A stretch of 63,523 nucleotides of DNA, filler included, from Chiloscyllium plagiosum (lineage: Eukaryota), in NCBI RefSeq assembly GCF_004010195.1. It is 4 parts of one record of this genome, joined end to end, with 100 filler letters (N's around TTAATTAATTAA, not from the genome) between each part and the next. Parts side by side here need not be neighbours in the genome. Positions count along the whole stretch, not along the records: positions 15,548 to 38,488 come from NC_057712.1; 3 more parts are not named here. One strand, written 5' to 3'. Positions 24,501 to 38,588 of the stretch are shown piece after piece (within the stretch, counting starts at the first letter, position 1; the number at the start of each line of letters is the position of its first letter). A program made the position numbers and the translations under genes. The notes under the pieces were generated by a model that ran no database searches, was not told the DNA's origin, and saw only the letters and a list, made by a program, of their open reading frames with translations.

Positions 24501-25794
24501 TCACTGAAAAGTTGAGAAGATGGTTTTCTCACATTTCAAATCAAAACACAGAAGAATTGTTTTAGTTTTAAAATATGCTTAGTCATTTCTGTTTAATTTC
24601 AAATGCCAGTGCTAATACACTTTTTCCAAAGTCTCTTTACCTCTGAAATGGTGTGGAGGTATAGCACCTGTCTTATAAATGATAGACATTGTGACCTGGC
24701 CTCTAAACCATGGTCTCCTTTATTCTTTACTAGAGATGTCACTGCCAAATCGCTTCTCGATTGGCCATAAACTTAAGAAATCTTGCTTTCACTGACTCAT
24801 GAAACCCCTGGTGGAAGATTTTTCAAGTAACATATTTAAAAAAATCAGTAACTGCACTTCCACAACTTCTGTTCATTGGTTTCCACTAACATTTGCACTA
24901 CAGCTTGCTAAAATTAAATTATATTGAGGAACTGTCTTCCATTATTTTAATAGCTACATATTCCCATTATGTAGCATAGTCTTCTAATATATTATTTTTA
25001 TTTATTTACAAAGCAGTTAATTACAACATTCAGTAACATCTTTACTATCAATTATTAAGGCCTGCAATTTTGCATGGATCCGTGAGACTCTCCATCTTCA
25101 CAAAAGTAATGCCATTGGTTTGAATCTAAGAATCCCATCCCCAAACAAAGCCCCTTCCAGGGGCTACGTCACATTTTGGACATGTGCATTTTATGGAGGC
25201 TGCTTCACATACAAAATGGCAGCTGTCTTGAGTTAGATCAGATTTTCATAGGGTGGGAATGAGAAGTATAACAACGGCATATTAGACCTGGTGGGAGAAG
25301 ATATAAGCCTTTCAGGTTCTTTGGAGGGATACGCTATCCTAAAGTAAGGGTACTGTTTTGGGTATGTACTGGGACATATTTAAGAGAGGTCAAAGGTTGT
25401 CCTTTGAATGAGGTCAATCTTTTTTCATGATTTTTAAAAGAGCCAAGAATTTACATAAAATGTGAATAAACTCATTGGAACATCAAGATCTTTGCAAATG
25501 TTAAGAGTGGTGTCAATGCACTTAAAGCTCTTGCCCTCTAAATATTTGAAAAAATGTCTACAATGTTTAAGATTAGTGCCGTATGACTGATGTCACAACC
25601 CATCATTATCACAGTGGGATGCCTGTTAGTTCACAATTTTATTGACAGCTCAAAATAGTTATAATATCTTTGAAATGTGACCATGAATATAAATGCTTGT
25701 TTTTATGTTAGTAAAGGAAGTCAAGTGGAGTGAATAGTCTTCTTTTATCAAACAGAATGTTGTTGCTTTTAAAAAATAATGAACTAATCAATAG

Positions 25795-26378
25795 AATAGG
25801 CTGGGACTGTTTTCCCTGGAGCATCAAAGGCTGAGGGGTGACCTTATATAGGTTTATAAAATCATGGGAGGCATGGATAGGGTAAATAGACAAGGTATTT
25901 TCCCTGGAGTGGATGAGTCCTGGCAGCATAGGTTTAGGTTGTCAGGAAAAATCTAAAAAGGACCTAAAGGGCAACTTTTCCATGCAGAGGGTGGTGCGTG
26001 TATGGGATGAGCTGCCAGAGGAGGTGGTGACTGGTACAATTGTAACATTTAAAAGACAGCTGGATGGGTATATGAATAGGAAGGGTTTAGAGGGACATGG
26101 GCTAAGTGCTGGCAAATGGCACTGGATTAGGTTAGGATATCTGGTCAGCATGGACGAGATGGACCAAAATGTTTGTTTCTGTGCTGTAAATTTCTATGAC
26201 TCTCAGTGTTTTTTGAAGTGTAGTCAGAGTGTGTATATGAATAGGAAAGGTTTAGAACAATATGGGCCAAGTGCTGGCAGGTGGGACTAGATTGGGTTGG
26301 GACTAGATTGGGTCGTCATGGATGGGTTGGACCGAAGGGTCTGTTTCCGTGCTGTACATCTCTGTGACTCTGACTCTA
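25795..26378 (+). mobile_element. CR1 3' end followed by a second copy of the 3'UTR
   Basis: RVVRVWDELPEEVV..GTIVTFKRQLDGYM; 3'UTR repeated at ~26233-26378. Confidence 0.9.
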
Positions 26379-28183
26379 TAAATCAAGAGCATTTTCTAGT
26401 CTCAACATGGATCCTGAGGTGTACCCATGGTGGACACTAAGTGAGTTGGCAATGAGGGGATAAGAACATGACGTGTGTTGATGCAAAGTTGGATTTAGGC
26501 TATAAAGGCATGAGGGCATGTGGAAGGCTATAGTTTGGAATACTGGCAATAAAAGGTGCTAGGAGGTAGATGGAGGCATGACTTGATGTATTTTGGCATG
26601 AATATAGGTGGGAACTGTGTGGGGAGACTGAGGAGTGGAGGATTGTTTTTGTTCTGTTTCTTCTTTTCACTGTTGCAACAAAGTGAGGCCAATTCTATAG
26701 AGCCCACATCTGCACCCCGCAGCCCCTGTGGTTACCTCCAAATTCTCTGAGGTTAGCGGTCCAATTCACGTGATCCCCACACCCCACAACACCCTACCCC
26801 ACCCCACCCCACCATGAGATTTTGGTTTGTAAATTTGGCAACGATACATCAGAAACAGCCCAGGGGTGAAAGATCCATTTCGTATCATATGTTTCTTTTC
26901 AAAGAATAATCTGTCATGTCAACACATCTCCTTAATCCTGATATTATTCCATATTGCATTTTGTAGAATTTTATTCAACATTTTCCAATGGGAGCAGCAA
27001 CAGAAATAAAAGGCCAGGTGTATGCCAGTTGAAAGTTGGTAGCATTGTAGACATATCTTAAAATCAGACAGCTCAAGGAATGAAAGGGAAGAGAAAAGCT
27101 AACTCTAATTGATCTAAAGAGTGCTTGCTTCCTCCACATCCCAGTACTACTTGCATGAACATTCTCACTTATTGTAGTAGCAATCTAACATTGATGTATC
27201 AATTAAAGGGTGCTACTTTGTAAAATAATATTTTACTTAGGAAAATTACAAATAATCAATTCTCCAGAGGAGCTTTTGATATTTTGACAATTCTAAAAAT
27301 AATCTTCACTCCTTGGTTCCCTGGTTGCCCCGCCACACATTTCCAAGACATTACTTTTGCAGCCTTTCTTTGAAAGGTTCGTAGCCTCCCCATTTTATGT
27401 GTAAGACTGCTTGTTTTATGTCCAGGATCCTTGGCTGCTCATTTCCGTATCTAAGACGTTGTATCCGCAGGAAGCCTGTCATTAATTTCATGTTTAAGCT
27501 CCCACTTCTTTTCCATGTGAAAGACTTCTTCTCTGCTCACTGTGCCTCTTACAACTGTCCTTCTTGATTACTCTAGTGTCTCTGTTTACTCCCACTGCTC
27601 TCTGTTCTTGTGCTCCGCATTGCCTTTATTGTGTTTCTGACGCTCCCTTTTCCAAGAGGTTAATTTTTAGTAGTAACCACATGACAGATATTTGGATCTC
27701 ATGTCCTCTAATTTGAATTCACATTAATGGTAGGAAGTACCAAAAAGAAAATGTTATTATGATAGGGAATTCAGTAATTAATTTTATTCCACAAAATAAT
27801 GATTATAATTGATGAGTGACAAATAGTATATCTTTCATACTTGTGACAGGTTTCTGTTCAGTATCACTACTCCCATGCTCATTTGTATGTCTTTGGCCCC
27901 AAATCACACCACAGCAGCTTGTTTGGCATCTCTTGCAAACTTAAGCTATCTCATCAATATTTTGACAATGATGCTAGTCACATGTAACTCCATTGCACGT
28001 TTTAAAGGATTGCGTAAGATCATGTGTCAATTCAATTCCATATCGTCTTCTGTTATTGCTGTTGACCAATTTCAGTTCCTTTGCCTCTCATACTGTTCTC
28101 TGTCACTGCACAACTCTCTACCATTTCCCTTCATGCATAAATCTCCTTTGCTTCACCACTATCTGTTACTGAATGACTCTCTG

Positions 28184-30280
28184 ACAGGAGATGGGGCAGA
28201 TACTAAATGAGTATTTTGCATCAGTATTTAGATTAGACTCCCTACAGTGTGAAAACAGGCCCTTCGGCCCAACCAGTCCACACCTACCCTCCAAAGAGTA
28301 ACCCACCCAGACCCATTTCCCTCTGACTAATGCACCTAACACTATGGGCAATTTCCCATGGCCAATTCACCTGACCTGTACATCCTTGGACTGTGGGAGG
28401 AAACTGGCGCACCCAGAGGAAACCCACCCAGACATGGGGAGAATATGCAAACTTCACACAGACATTCACCTGAGGCTAGAATCGACCCTGGGATCCTGGT
28501 GCTGTGAGGCAGCAGTGCTAACCACTGATCCACTGTGCCAATTTTTTGTGGAAAAGGACATGGAAGATATGGAATGTAGGGAAATAGACGGCGACATTTT
28601 GAAAAATGTCCATATTACAGAGGAGGAAGTGCTGGATGTCTTGATAAAAGTGGATAAATCCCCAGGACCTGATCAGGTGTACCTTAGAACTCTGTGGGAA
28701 GCTAGGGAAGTGATTGTGGGGCCTCATACTGAGATATTTGTATCATTGATAGTCACAGGTGAGGTACTGGAACACTGGAGGTTGGCTAACGTGGTGCCAC
28801 TGTTTAAGAAAGGTGGTAAGGACAAGCCAGGTGAGCCTGACATTGGTGGTGGGCAAGTTGTTGGAGGGAATCCTGAGAGACAGGATGTACATGTATTTGG
28901 AAAGGCAAGGACTGATTAGGAATAGTCAACATGGCTTTGTGTATGAGAAATCATGTCTCACAAACTAGATTGAGCTTTTTGAAGAAGTAACAAAGAGGAT
29001 TGATGAAGACAGAGCAGTAGATGTGATCTATATGGACTTCGAGCAGTAGATGTGATCTATATGGACTTCAGTATGGCATTTGACAAGGTTCCCCATGGGA
29101 GACTGGTGAGCAAAGTTAGATCTCATGGAAGACAGGGAGAAGACAGGGACTACTCATCATTTGGATACAGACAGGGAGAAGACAGGGACTACTCATCATT
29201 TGGATACAGAACTGGCTCAAAGGTAGAAGACAGAGGGTGGTGGTGGAGGGTTGTTTTTCAGACTGGAGGCCTGTGACCAGTGGAGTGCCACAAGGATTGG
29301 TGCTGGGTCCACTACTTTTCATCATTTATATAAATGATTTGGATGGGAGCATAAGAGGTATAGTTAGTAAGTTTGCAGATGACACCAAAATTGAAGGTGT
29401 AGTGGACAGCGAAGAAGGTTACCTCAGATTACAACAGGATCTTGATCAGATGGGCCAATGGGCTGAGAAGTGGCAGATGGAGTTTAATTTAGATAAATGC
29501 GAGGTGCTCCATTTTGGGAAAGCAAATTTTAGCAGGGCTTATACACTTAATGAGAAGGTCCTAGGGAGTGTTGCTGAACAAAGAGACTTTGGAGTGCAGG
29601 TTCATAGTTCCCTGAAAATGGGGTCGCAGGTAGATAGGATAGTGAAAAAAGCATTTGGTATGCTTTCCTTTATTGGTCAGAGTATTGAGTACAGATGTTG
29701 GGAGGTCATGTTGCAGCTATACGGGACATTGGTTAGGCCACTGTTGGAATATTGCTTGCAATTCTGGTCTCCTTCCTATTAGAAAGCTGCTGTGAAACTT
29801 GAAAGATTTCAGAAAAGATTTACATGTTGCCAGGGTTGGAGGATTTAAGCTCTAAGGAGAGGCTGAACAGGCTGGAGCTATTTTTTCTCGAGCATCGGAG
29901 GCTGAGGGGGGACCTTATAGAGGTTTACAAAATCATGAGGAGCATGGATAGGATAAATAGACAAAGTCTTTTCCCTCGAATAGGGGAGTCCAGAACTAGA
30001 GGGAATAGGTTTAGGGTGAGAGGGGAAAAATATAAAAGAGACCTAAGAGGCAACCTTTTTATTCAGAGGGTGGTATGTGTATGGAATGAGCTGCCAGAGG
30101 ATGTGGTGGAGGCTAGTACAATTGCAACATTTAAAAGGCATCTGGATGGGTATATGAATAGGAAAGGTTTAGAGGGATATGGGCCAGGTGCTGGCAGGTG
30201 GGACTAGATTGGGTTGGGATATCTGGTCGGCATGAATGAGTTGGACCGAAGGGTCTGTTTCTGTGCTGTACTTCCTGTAA
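28184..30280 (+). mobile_element. 5'-truncated CR1 (RT to 3'UTR), interrupted by a SINE
   Basis: QEMGQILNEYFASVF | SINE | VEKDMED; GVPQGLVLGPLLF, KFADDTK; internal tandem duplications at 29012-29069 and 29131-29208. Confidence 0.95.
28229..28540 (-). mobile_element. HE1-like V-SINE nested in CR1
   Basis: tRNA head tggcacagtggatcagtggttagcactgctgcc, V-domain and (taatc) tail. Confidence 0.9.
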
Positions 30281-33200
30281 TCCATGCCATACTCTGTAAA
30301 CAGTGCCAGTCTAAACTGTCCCACTTTGCACATTGTGTCACTCTGTAAGCTGTTTAACACCTTGTAAACTGAATTACTCTGTAATATGTTTTAGTGTCTT
30401 GTCAAAGTACTTTTGGCTATTTTAGCCTTAATGAAATAATATATAATGCAGAATTGCAGAATGATATTAGCTCCAAAGACTCAAAATCATTAGCATGAAC
30501 GTCAATGTATTTTTCTGATAAAATATTGTTTAAAAGTTGGTGTGCCCATAGATCTCCAATCTCAGTAACATGGCAGGCCCAAATGTATGGTGATGCACAG
30601 AATAAAAAACTTTATGGAAGAGGAAACATGATAGGTTGTCATATTTCATTTTACACTATTTGGACAAAGAAACTACTTCAGGAAAATGGCTACAATAACA
30701 GTGCGAGTGATGTCTTTTTGACCTCATTGGATATCCCTCTAACTCTTTATTGTGTTGCATACATAGTGTTATGTCAGTGAAGATTTATCTCTTTTCTGTC
30801 AGATTATCTCCACTTATTTTTCACTCTGGTTTTTTAAAATTCTTTTTTACACATGTCAATTGATATGAATTCTGTTCTGGCCTGGGAAAGACAACAGTCA
30901 CATTTCTCAAAGGGCCTCTGTTAAGGCTCAGCATTAATGTGGTTTCACAAGAAGATTGGGATTATTTTATTACCCCAGGATGCCAGGAAATTTTCATTTT
31001 ACTTCCTCAGATGTGTGGGATGAAAGTGGATAACAAGTGAAAGAATTCCCTGTGCTGGCTTGGATTTCTGTGCTTCAATCGAGGATTGTTTGGCTTAAAA
31101 AGTTCCGATTTTTCAGGCTTTTATTTTTAGTTTAGCTGTTGGGTTACTTTACACCTTTTTTTTTTCAGAAAGAGAAATAAAACAAATTTAAATGAATTTT
31201 ACCTCATCAGAACAATCAGTCTTTTTTCCAACACATTATTAAAAGTTCTGACACATAATATACAATCATCACATTTGATGCTGGAATGCCAACTACTCTT
31301 GCTACTCTTGGGAAATGTGTGTTTTAAGAACTGATATTGCAGAATTCCTAAGTCCTTACATAGACTCCACACTTGAATGACATGAGACATAAATTGCAAA
31401 GATAAAATAAGTTTCTTAGCAACACAAAATAATCTGTTTTATAAACTTAATTGACACTGATGGGAATTAGTCAACTCTTGTTTTTGTTAGGTGCAGATAA
31501 GCTGCTTGGTTTCTGCATTAAATTGAGCACATTGTAAATATTACAAAATCAGAATACAGTAGGTTATTTACTTTGAAAGTGTAATCTGCAGACTCCCATG
31601 TTATGAGATGGTAACTAATCTGTTCTGTCAAAAGGCAAGAAGCAGTCAGAAGATTATCCCATCAAAACTTTAAAAATCTTATTCATACTGTTGCTTTTAC
31701 TGCTTCTCCCAAAATGGTTTAGGATCTGCAACAAAAAACAAACAGGATTTAAATGTGTTATTTTTTGCAGGTGCTCAGTGCTCATAAAAATATTGATTTG
31801 ATAGAAACCTTATTTGGTTGTTTCAAAGTATCGACTTTGTCTATAAATGTCAGTTGAAGTGGATCTGTACATTAATTAGGATAATCACAAAGTTACTATT
31901 AATGATTGGTCTTAAAACATTTCAAATCAATACATAGTGTGTAAAATATGTCATTGCTGAGACATTACAAGTTGTTTTAGAAATACAAGTCTTTTTTTCA
32001 GGGATTTAAGGAGTAATTTTCCTAGACTGAGTAGAATCTCAGAGGGATTTGAACACATAAGTAGATGGATATTGAGTAAAAATGTTGCTTTCTTCTAATG
32101 TTCTGTTATTTGAATCATCCACAACTATGCTCATTTGGGAGGAAATGATTTCTCATTGACCCGGATTTTCGTTGAGAATAATGGTGGTGCTGTCAGCACT
32201 TGCTGTTATTTTAGGGTAAATACAACAGCAACTTTCAGTATCTGCACATCTGCAGTTAAAAGCAGAAATCAGGATGTTCCTGTTCAATTTACCTTGTTCC
32301 TCTTCAAGCTGAGCTATAACTGGCACTCCTCTGATAGATTCAACTTTCAGATCAATGCATGGAAGTGAAGATGTGGTACTGACCCAAGAGATACTGTCTA
32401 TATGGTGGTTGTGGTCAGTGTATTCAGGAGTCGATGGCATTTTAAAGGGATTATAATTGCTACCAAATGAGCTTAATGTTGAAAATTAAGTTTTATGCAT
32501 GTGGTGTCTCATTCCTTCAGAAATTATTTATTACTGGAGATTTAAAAGCTGTATATTTTTAAAACATATCTATCTCTACTCCTTTTACCTTTCTCCCTCA
32601 GTCCCATTTATTAATATTATCCACTTCGCTTTTTTATATAGGGCTGTACAAAAAATTTAATATATGAGTTGATATTTCCTGGTTTAGACCCAAAAGTTAA
32701 ATATCCTCCAGAAATATAAATAGGGACTGTGAAGCACAATTAATTAATGTCCTCAGTGCAGGGAGGACATCATATTCATATTGAGTGGAATCCTGAACCC
32801 TGACTCATAGCATGTTTGGTGGCAAAGTGTCCACCTAAGGGGATCAGAGTGTTGCTACTGCTGATATTAACCCAGTGTCACATAGGGTGTTGCTATATTG
32901 GTGGAATCAACCATGACTGAACAGTAGTATCTGAAAGCTGATGTTGTGCTTCCATTGCAATACAAGCAATGTCCATCAAAAGTCTGAGTGCTGCAGTGTG
33001 AGCTCAGTCTGCTGTTACTCAATCTCAGCTTGCTGCCATGGTCCTCGCACTGCTACCACCATGGCTCTAGGTTCCAGTACTCAAAGACCTTCCTGGAGAT
33101 CACTTACTATCTTCTTCAGAATGACAGCACTCATATACCAATACCTGTCACTTTAAAAACCAGCCAGCCCAATCTGACATGGTGCAGATCTACTCAAGGA

Positions 33201-34636
33201 AGCTATTAATATGATAAACCCTCCTCTCAAATGACAGCTACCATGCTATAGCAACTGGGGATGCACCTTATAGAAATATGTGGAGAGACAAGATCATCCA
33301 GAAGAGTCAGTCGAGAACTGCACTTAGGTGATAGGTTTATTATTGTACATGTTACGGCATGATTTAATCTATACATTTGGGGTAGAATGTATATTGTCTG
33401 TGTGGTCTTTTTGTATTTTGGCAAAGTGGATAATCTAGAGCCCAGTGATAGGCATTGGCTGTGGGACTGTGGGTGAATGGGGAGAGCTGGTTCAGTTTAC
33501 TGCTGATGTTCAGTAAATATTTGCTTGTGTAGAGCCTAGGCACAAAGGTCTCCATTATAGTCCTCCTTCCTCCTCTGGTTCTTCAACTTTCTCCTCCTCC
33601 TCCTCCATCCTATTGTGCTCCTGAGCTTCAAGTTATTGTCTGACATGGGCTCTTCACTGATAAAGGTGAGGCTGTGCGGTCTGCAGCTTATCATACCAAC
33701 TGAAACCTTGCTTGAGAATGCTGATCATGTCATCGACAGTGACATTCTTTATGGCACAATGCTTCTGGTTTCCACATTAGAGTTAAGACTGGTTATAAGT
33801 GTACAGATTGTGTCACCTTTTAATTTGCCATGGTGGATCAAATATAGCTGGCACTAAAGTTTACCAGAGATCGAATCTCTCCCAATTATTATTTGGATAC
33901 TAAATATTGACCTTTCTGTGCACCACATACACATGGAGGAGGTAAATTCCTCTTGGTTCAGGAAAATAACATGAGGCACACAAGCAACTCATACACAACC
34001 TTTAGCACCCTGCATCACACAAAACCTGCACTTGTGCTGATTCTATTTGCTTTTCTTTGGCAATAAGGAATGAGGTGAAATTATCTTTCTCTGTAAAGAA
34101 ACACTCAGTAGTTTCCCTATTGTAGCTTAGGCTTTGTAATTGTGAGACCCAGCTTATATCTTCAGAAGCACCCTGAAAAGTGCTATAATAGCTCACATCA
34201 AGATTATTTCAATATTCACTGGTGATGCAATCCTTGCCATACTCTGTGGATTCAGCAGTGGCTGTAGCAGTTGATTGAGATCAACTAAAATGCAGAGGAC
34301 TCAAATATTGGTCATTACTGAGGTGCATGCCAGAAAATTATTCCCTGAACATTCCAGGCAGAAAGCCCTCCTCCTCCTCCTCCATCTGATGTCCTATCTT
34401 GTTCTGAATGCCCCCTTTTCATTGTCCCAGTTAGATTGGATTTCATGAGGAAAGCTTACCTGGCTGCCCACTTTTGGAAGCAACTTCTTTCAGCCCATGT
34501 TTTTCAGTTAGCAATAATGCGTTCTTTTGGAATTTCAGACAGATATGGGAAAGCCTAACAAAATGCTCAGATCTCACTATCTGTCAGTAGAAATAATACA
34601 GGTCTAACCTGTAAGTAATTCATAATCTGTACTTGC

Positions 34637-35088
34637 TGGAGTTCCTTCCTGTTGCTTAACATCATATTCCATGGCGTAAGCCTTAAGAAAGGACCCAAGC
34701 TGTGGAGCTAAAAAAAAGACTCAAATTTGAGCACAGAGATGATTGATGCCATGATGTGCCTGTTCATTTCCATTTGGTCTGAAGTGTGCACCACAAATTA
34801 GATTAGATTACTTACAGTGTGGAAACAGGACCTTCGGACCAACAAGTCCACACCTACCCATACCTCTACATTTTACCCTTTCACCTAACACTACGGGCAA
34901 TTTAGCATGGCCAATTCACCTGCCCTGCACATCGTTGGACTGTGGAAGGAAACCGGAGCAAACCCACACAGACATGGGGAGAATGTGCAAACTCCACAGA
35001 GTCAGTCGCCTGAGGTGGGAATTAAACCCGGGTCTCTGGCACTGTGAGGCAGCAGTGCTAACTACTGTGCCACTGTGCTGCCCACAAT
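34637..35088 (+). repeat. 452-bp direct repeat, copy 1 (copy 2 at 40308-40759)
   Basis: About 160 bp of identical unique sequence plus a SINE with 7 substitutions, by eye. Confidence 0.95.
34797..35086 (-). mobile_element. HE1-like V-SINE
   Basis: Full tRNA head, V-domain and (taatc)n tail. Confidence 0.9.
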
Positions 35089-35459
35089 AATTACTGAAAA
35101 TCGAAGTTGATCCTAATTAAAACCCTCCCCCTAAATCCAATGTTGAATTTGATGGCAAAACACGGTATAAAACAGTTCTATTTGCGATTTTATCTAATAC
35201 CAAAACTACAAAAAAAAAAACACGGCCTAACACTGTACTATTCCACAAGCTATTGATTAATCTTTATTCAGCTGACACTATGAATGCTAATTACACCAGT
35301 AACTATAGTGGACTACGAAACATAGCCATAAGCCCATCTCACTCTACAGGTTAATCCATCCCTCTGTCGACCTTGCAGCAAAATTAGGTTTTTGTACAAT
35401 GTTCTATCTGGCGAAGTACTGGACCAAGACCATTTAGATTAAACCTGACAATTTCTTTA

Positions 35460-35675
35460 GTAAGACGGTGCCTTGTTTGGTGAGGAGGAGGGGTGTTAAC
35501 GGTGGAGTGGAGAAAGACTTTCGTGACTGTGCAGCTAAGCTGCAGAAAGTACACACTGTCAGTGTTTCACTTCCGAAGGTGAAATTACATTTCACACACA
35601 ACACCGCCTGCTCCCCTCAATTCCACCGCACATCTCGGATTATTTCACTGTCTCGCGAAACTACGGTGAGTTTTT
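35460..35675 (+). promoter_or_regulatory. Second promoter-like / first-exon-like segment
   Basis: CpG-retaining; TAACGG (MYB-like) at 35497; TCTCGCGAAA (one mismatch to TCTCGCGAGA) at 35651-35660; donor ACG|GTGAGT at 35665/35666. Confidence 0.4.
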
Positions 35676-36022
35676 TGTATTACGACATGAATCCTTTGAC
35701 AGATTAAACAATTTAGATGAAGCCCGTATGTGTTGAATAAAAAGATGGAATAAGGAATGATGCTTGTAATGCAAAGCATTTTATTTTGAAAACTGAAAGA
35801 TTTTGGACGAAGGTATAGCCAGAGAGATTGGCCGTGGTTAAGAAGCTCTCTAGGTTAGTGGTCACATTATTTCGAGATTTAACTTGAAAAGCTGAGAGTC
35901 GGTTATTGAAGCAAGAATTCTGCTTACTATTTTTAAAATACCTCTAATGTAGAGAGATGATTCAAAACTGTAAGTGGGCTCCCGTCACGGGAGTATGCCT
36001 GAAGGACTTAGTGTCAAGGCAC

Positions 36023-36457
36023 ATAGAGTCATAGAGATGTATAGCATGGAAAAAGACTCTTTGGTCCAACCCGTCCATGTCAACCAGATATCCCAACCCA
36101 ATCTAGTCCCACCTGCCAGCACCCAGCCCATGTCCCTCCAACCCTTCTTATTCATATACCCATCCAAATGCCTCTTAAATGTTGCAATCGTACCAGCCTC
36201 CACCACTTCCTGTGGCAGCTCATTCCATACACGTACCACCCTCTGCGTGAAAAAGTTGCCCCTTAGGTCTCTTTTATATCTTTCTCCTCTCACCCTAAAC
36301 CTATGCCCTCTAGTTCTGGACTTCCGGATGCCAGGGCAAAGATTTGTCTATTTACCCTCTCCATGCCCCTCATGATTTTGTAAACCTCAATAAGGTCACC
36401 CCTCAGACTCCGACGCTCCAGATAAAACAACCCCAGCCTCTTCAGCTTCTCCCTATC
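36023..36457 (-). mobile_element. CR1 3' end
   Basis: RGERYKRDLRGNFFTQRVVRVWNELP; tail ctctatgactctat. Confidence 0.93.
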
Positions 36458-36774
36458 CGTTATTGTGGACGACAGCAGACCAGACCCCAACCACCCCCGA
36501 ACCAACTCTTACCCCAAAGTATGTTATGCGGATGGCATAGATCAAAGGCAAGTATAAGACACTGAGTTTCAGATATGATTTAATTCGTCTACAGTGATGC
36601 TTTCTGGAAAACTTTATTCATCCTTACAACAGAGCATACAACAAAAAGAATATCTTATTTCTAGACGGCATTATTTAAACCAGAATAACCAATATTGTCA
36701 ATGCAGGTATCATCACATAAACACGAATCTTACAATGGAAATTCGCTAACACAATCATAGTTCAGCACAGTAGC

Positions 36775-37095
36775 TGTCGTGCTCCGCTGGCTCAGTGGTT
36801 GAAGCTGCTACTTCGCTATGTGCTCGGGTCACAAATTCAATTCCACCCCCGGAAGCTGCAGGTGAGGAGTTTGCACGTTCTCTCTGCGTGCCTATTGTCC
36901 ATGTGCGCTGGCTTCCTCCCACAACACAAAAATGCACAGGGTAAGTGAATTGGCTATCCTAAATTTACCATACTTTTCGAATACATGTAAGTTCTGGACA
37001 ATGAGCAAATATAGGGCATGGATCTGCATAGGTTATTCTTTGGTGTGTCGCTGTGGACTTGTTGGGCTGAAGGGCCTGTTTCCACACTGTGGGGA
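36775..37095 (+). mobile_element. Diverged HE1-like V-SINE
   Basis: tggctcagtggttg A-box, ggagtttgcacgttctc V-domain, gggcctgtttccacactgt tail. Confidence 0.75.
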
Positions 37096-37679
37096 TTCTG
37101 ATTATAATTCTGTCTTGTCCAGCAGAAAGAAATAACAAAAGAAGCATTCTCTGCCTTGTGATCTATAAGAGGACGTCTCACTGCATGAGCCGTCACTCTA
37201 GTAACAGAGGACGCAGCCATTCAGTTCCAGGAGCCAGCAAACAACATCAACTATGTGAAAGCAAATATTTTGATTCTGTGTCAGCGTAATGGAGCTCACT
37301 CATGATTGTTTTGCCAACCTAGGAAAAAAAGCCAACCATGGAAAAGTCCCAGCTGTTTATTAAGTGCCTATCAGAGGAGACCATTTGTTACGAATGTGAC
37401 AAGGTTCGGTTTCCAGAGAGACAAGTCAGAGCGCCTCCTAAGGGCACAGAGTCCTCACACTATTGCAAGTAGTGTCGTCACAATATTGAGAATATTGATC
37501 AATGAAGAATGACGAAGAAAAGGACTGAGAGATTCGTGGATTATACGAAAAACAATTATTTTTCAATTGTGTAACCTTCTTGGAAACATTTACAACATTA
37601 TTAAGAACAAGTTTGTGTTCACTTGAATGTTAAAGTCGGGCTTAGAGATGTAAGTTGGAGATTCACAAAAAATGGCCAG

Positions 37680-37890
37680 ATGTTACACAAGACCAAGTTT
37701 CACTCCAACAGCTAAATTTGAAACCACACGTTGTCGATGCGCTTTTCCTTTGCCAAGTTCAGGGGACTTCACCTTGAGGAAGGAGCAGCATTTTGAAAGC
37801 TGTGATTTCCAATAAACCTGCTGAGGTGTAGTACGGTGTCGTGTAACTTCTGACCCTATTCACCCCAGTCCAACACCGGCATCTTTCCAT
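37680..37890. mobile_element. Degenerate head-to-head Neptune-type PLE terminal repeat with a decayed hammerhead
   Basis: ttgaggaaggagcagcattttgaaagct ... caccccagtccaacaccggcatc matches the 9200-9315 end; a partial inverted copy lies upstream. Confidence 0.6.
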
Positions 37891-38488
37891 CTTCACTGTT
37901 AGAAAATATGGGCTGCGTGTACGATAACCTTTCTCACTTGTGGTGCCGTTAATGTTTTTGAATGTTTGACAATGAGCGCTTGTAGCTAATATTTGTGTAT
38001 CTCTTTGGGAACAGCCATATTGTGTTTATATCGTGGACATGAAGTAAAATACTGCATTCTCTGAAGCAAGTCTCCATTCCCCCACCCCACCTCCACCGCC
38101 AGCGTCTGGACTTAAAACATTTTTCTAATGCTTTTACGTACATTGTAATGACTGATCTTTCGCTACAGAATGTATGTTGTGATTTGTGAACAGAGAAATA
38201 TGTTTATTTTCTGACAATCCCATTACTCCCATAGTCAATTCAGACTGAGTGATTACACGTAACCAATCCACTATCGCCAATATTCCTTCCCTCATTCGCC
38301 CTCGCTTATCCCACGCACAATGTGTATTTGCTCAAACCTCAAGATATTATTTTTGTTTGGAAACACATTTTGGAGGCAGTTGCACTTTACGGAACAAAAT
38401 AATAGGAAAATGATTCTGACTCTAAATGCTGTACTGAACAAGCCTGTCTTTCGAAGTCCAGAAACAGTCAATACATATCAGTGTAGCT

Positions 38489-38588
38489 NNNNNNNNNNNN
38501 NNNNNNNNNNNNNNNNNNNNNNNNNNNNNNNNTTAATTAATTAANNNNNNNNNNNNNNNNNNNNNNNNNNNNNNNNNNNNNNNNNNNN
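38489..38588. other. Assembly gap with TTAATTAATTAA linker
   Basis: 44N + 12 nt + 44N. Confidence 0.97.

Noticed and set aside
28460..28540. tRNA-like sequences (also ~19130-19200, ~35010-35086, ~40680-40757)
   Set aside because: These are SINE heads fused to V-domains, not complete tRNA genes.
32153..32440. 95-aa minus-strand ORF with an internal donor-like site; also the ORF at 31199-31399
   Set aside because: No recognisable homology and no supporting neighbouring exons; cannot be supported without a search.
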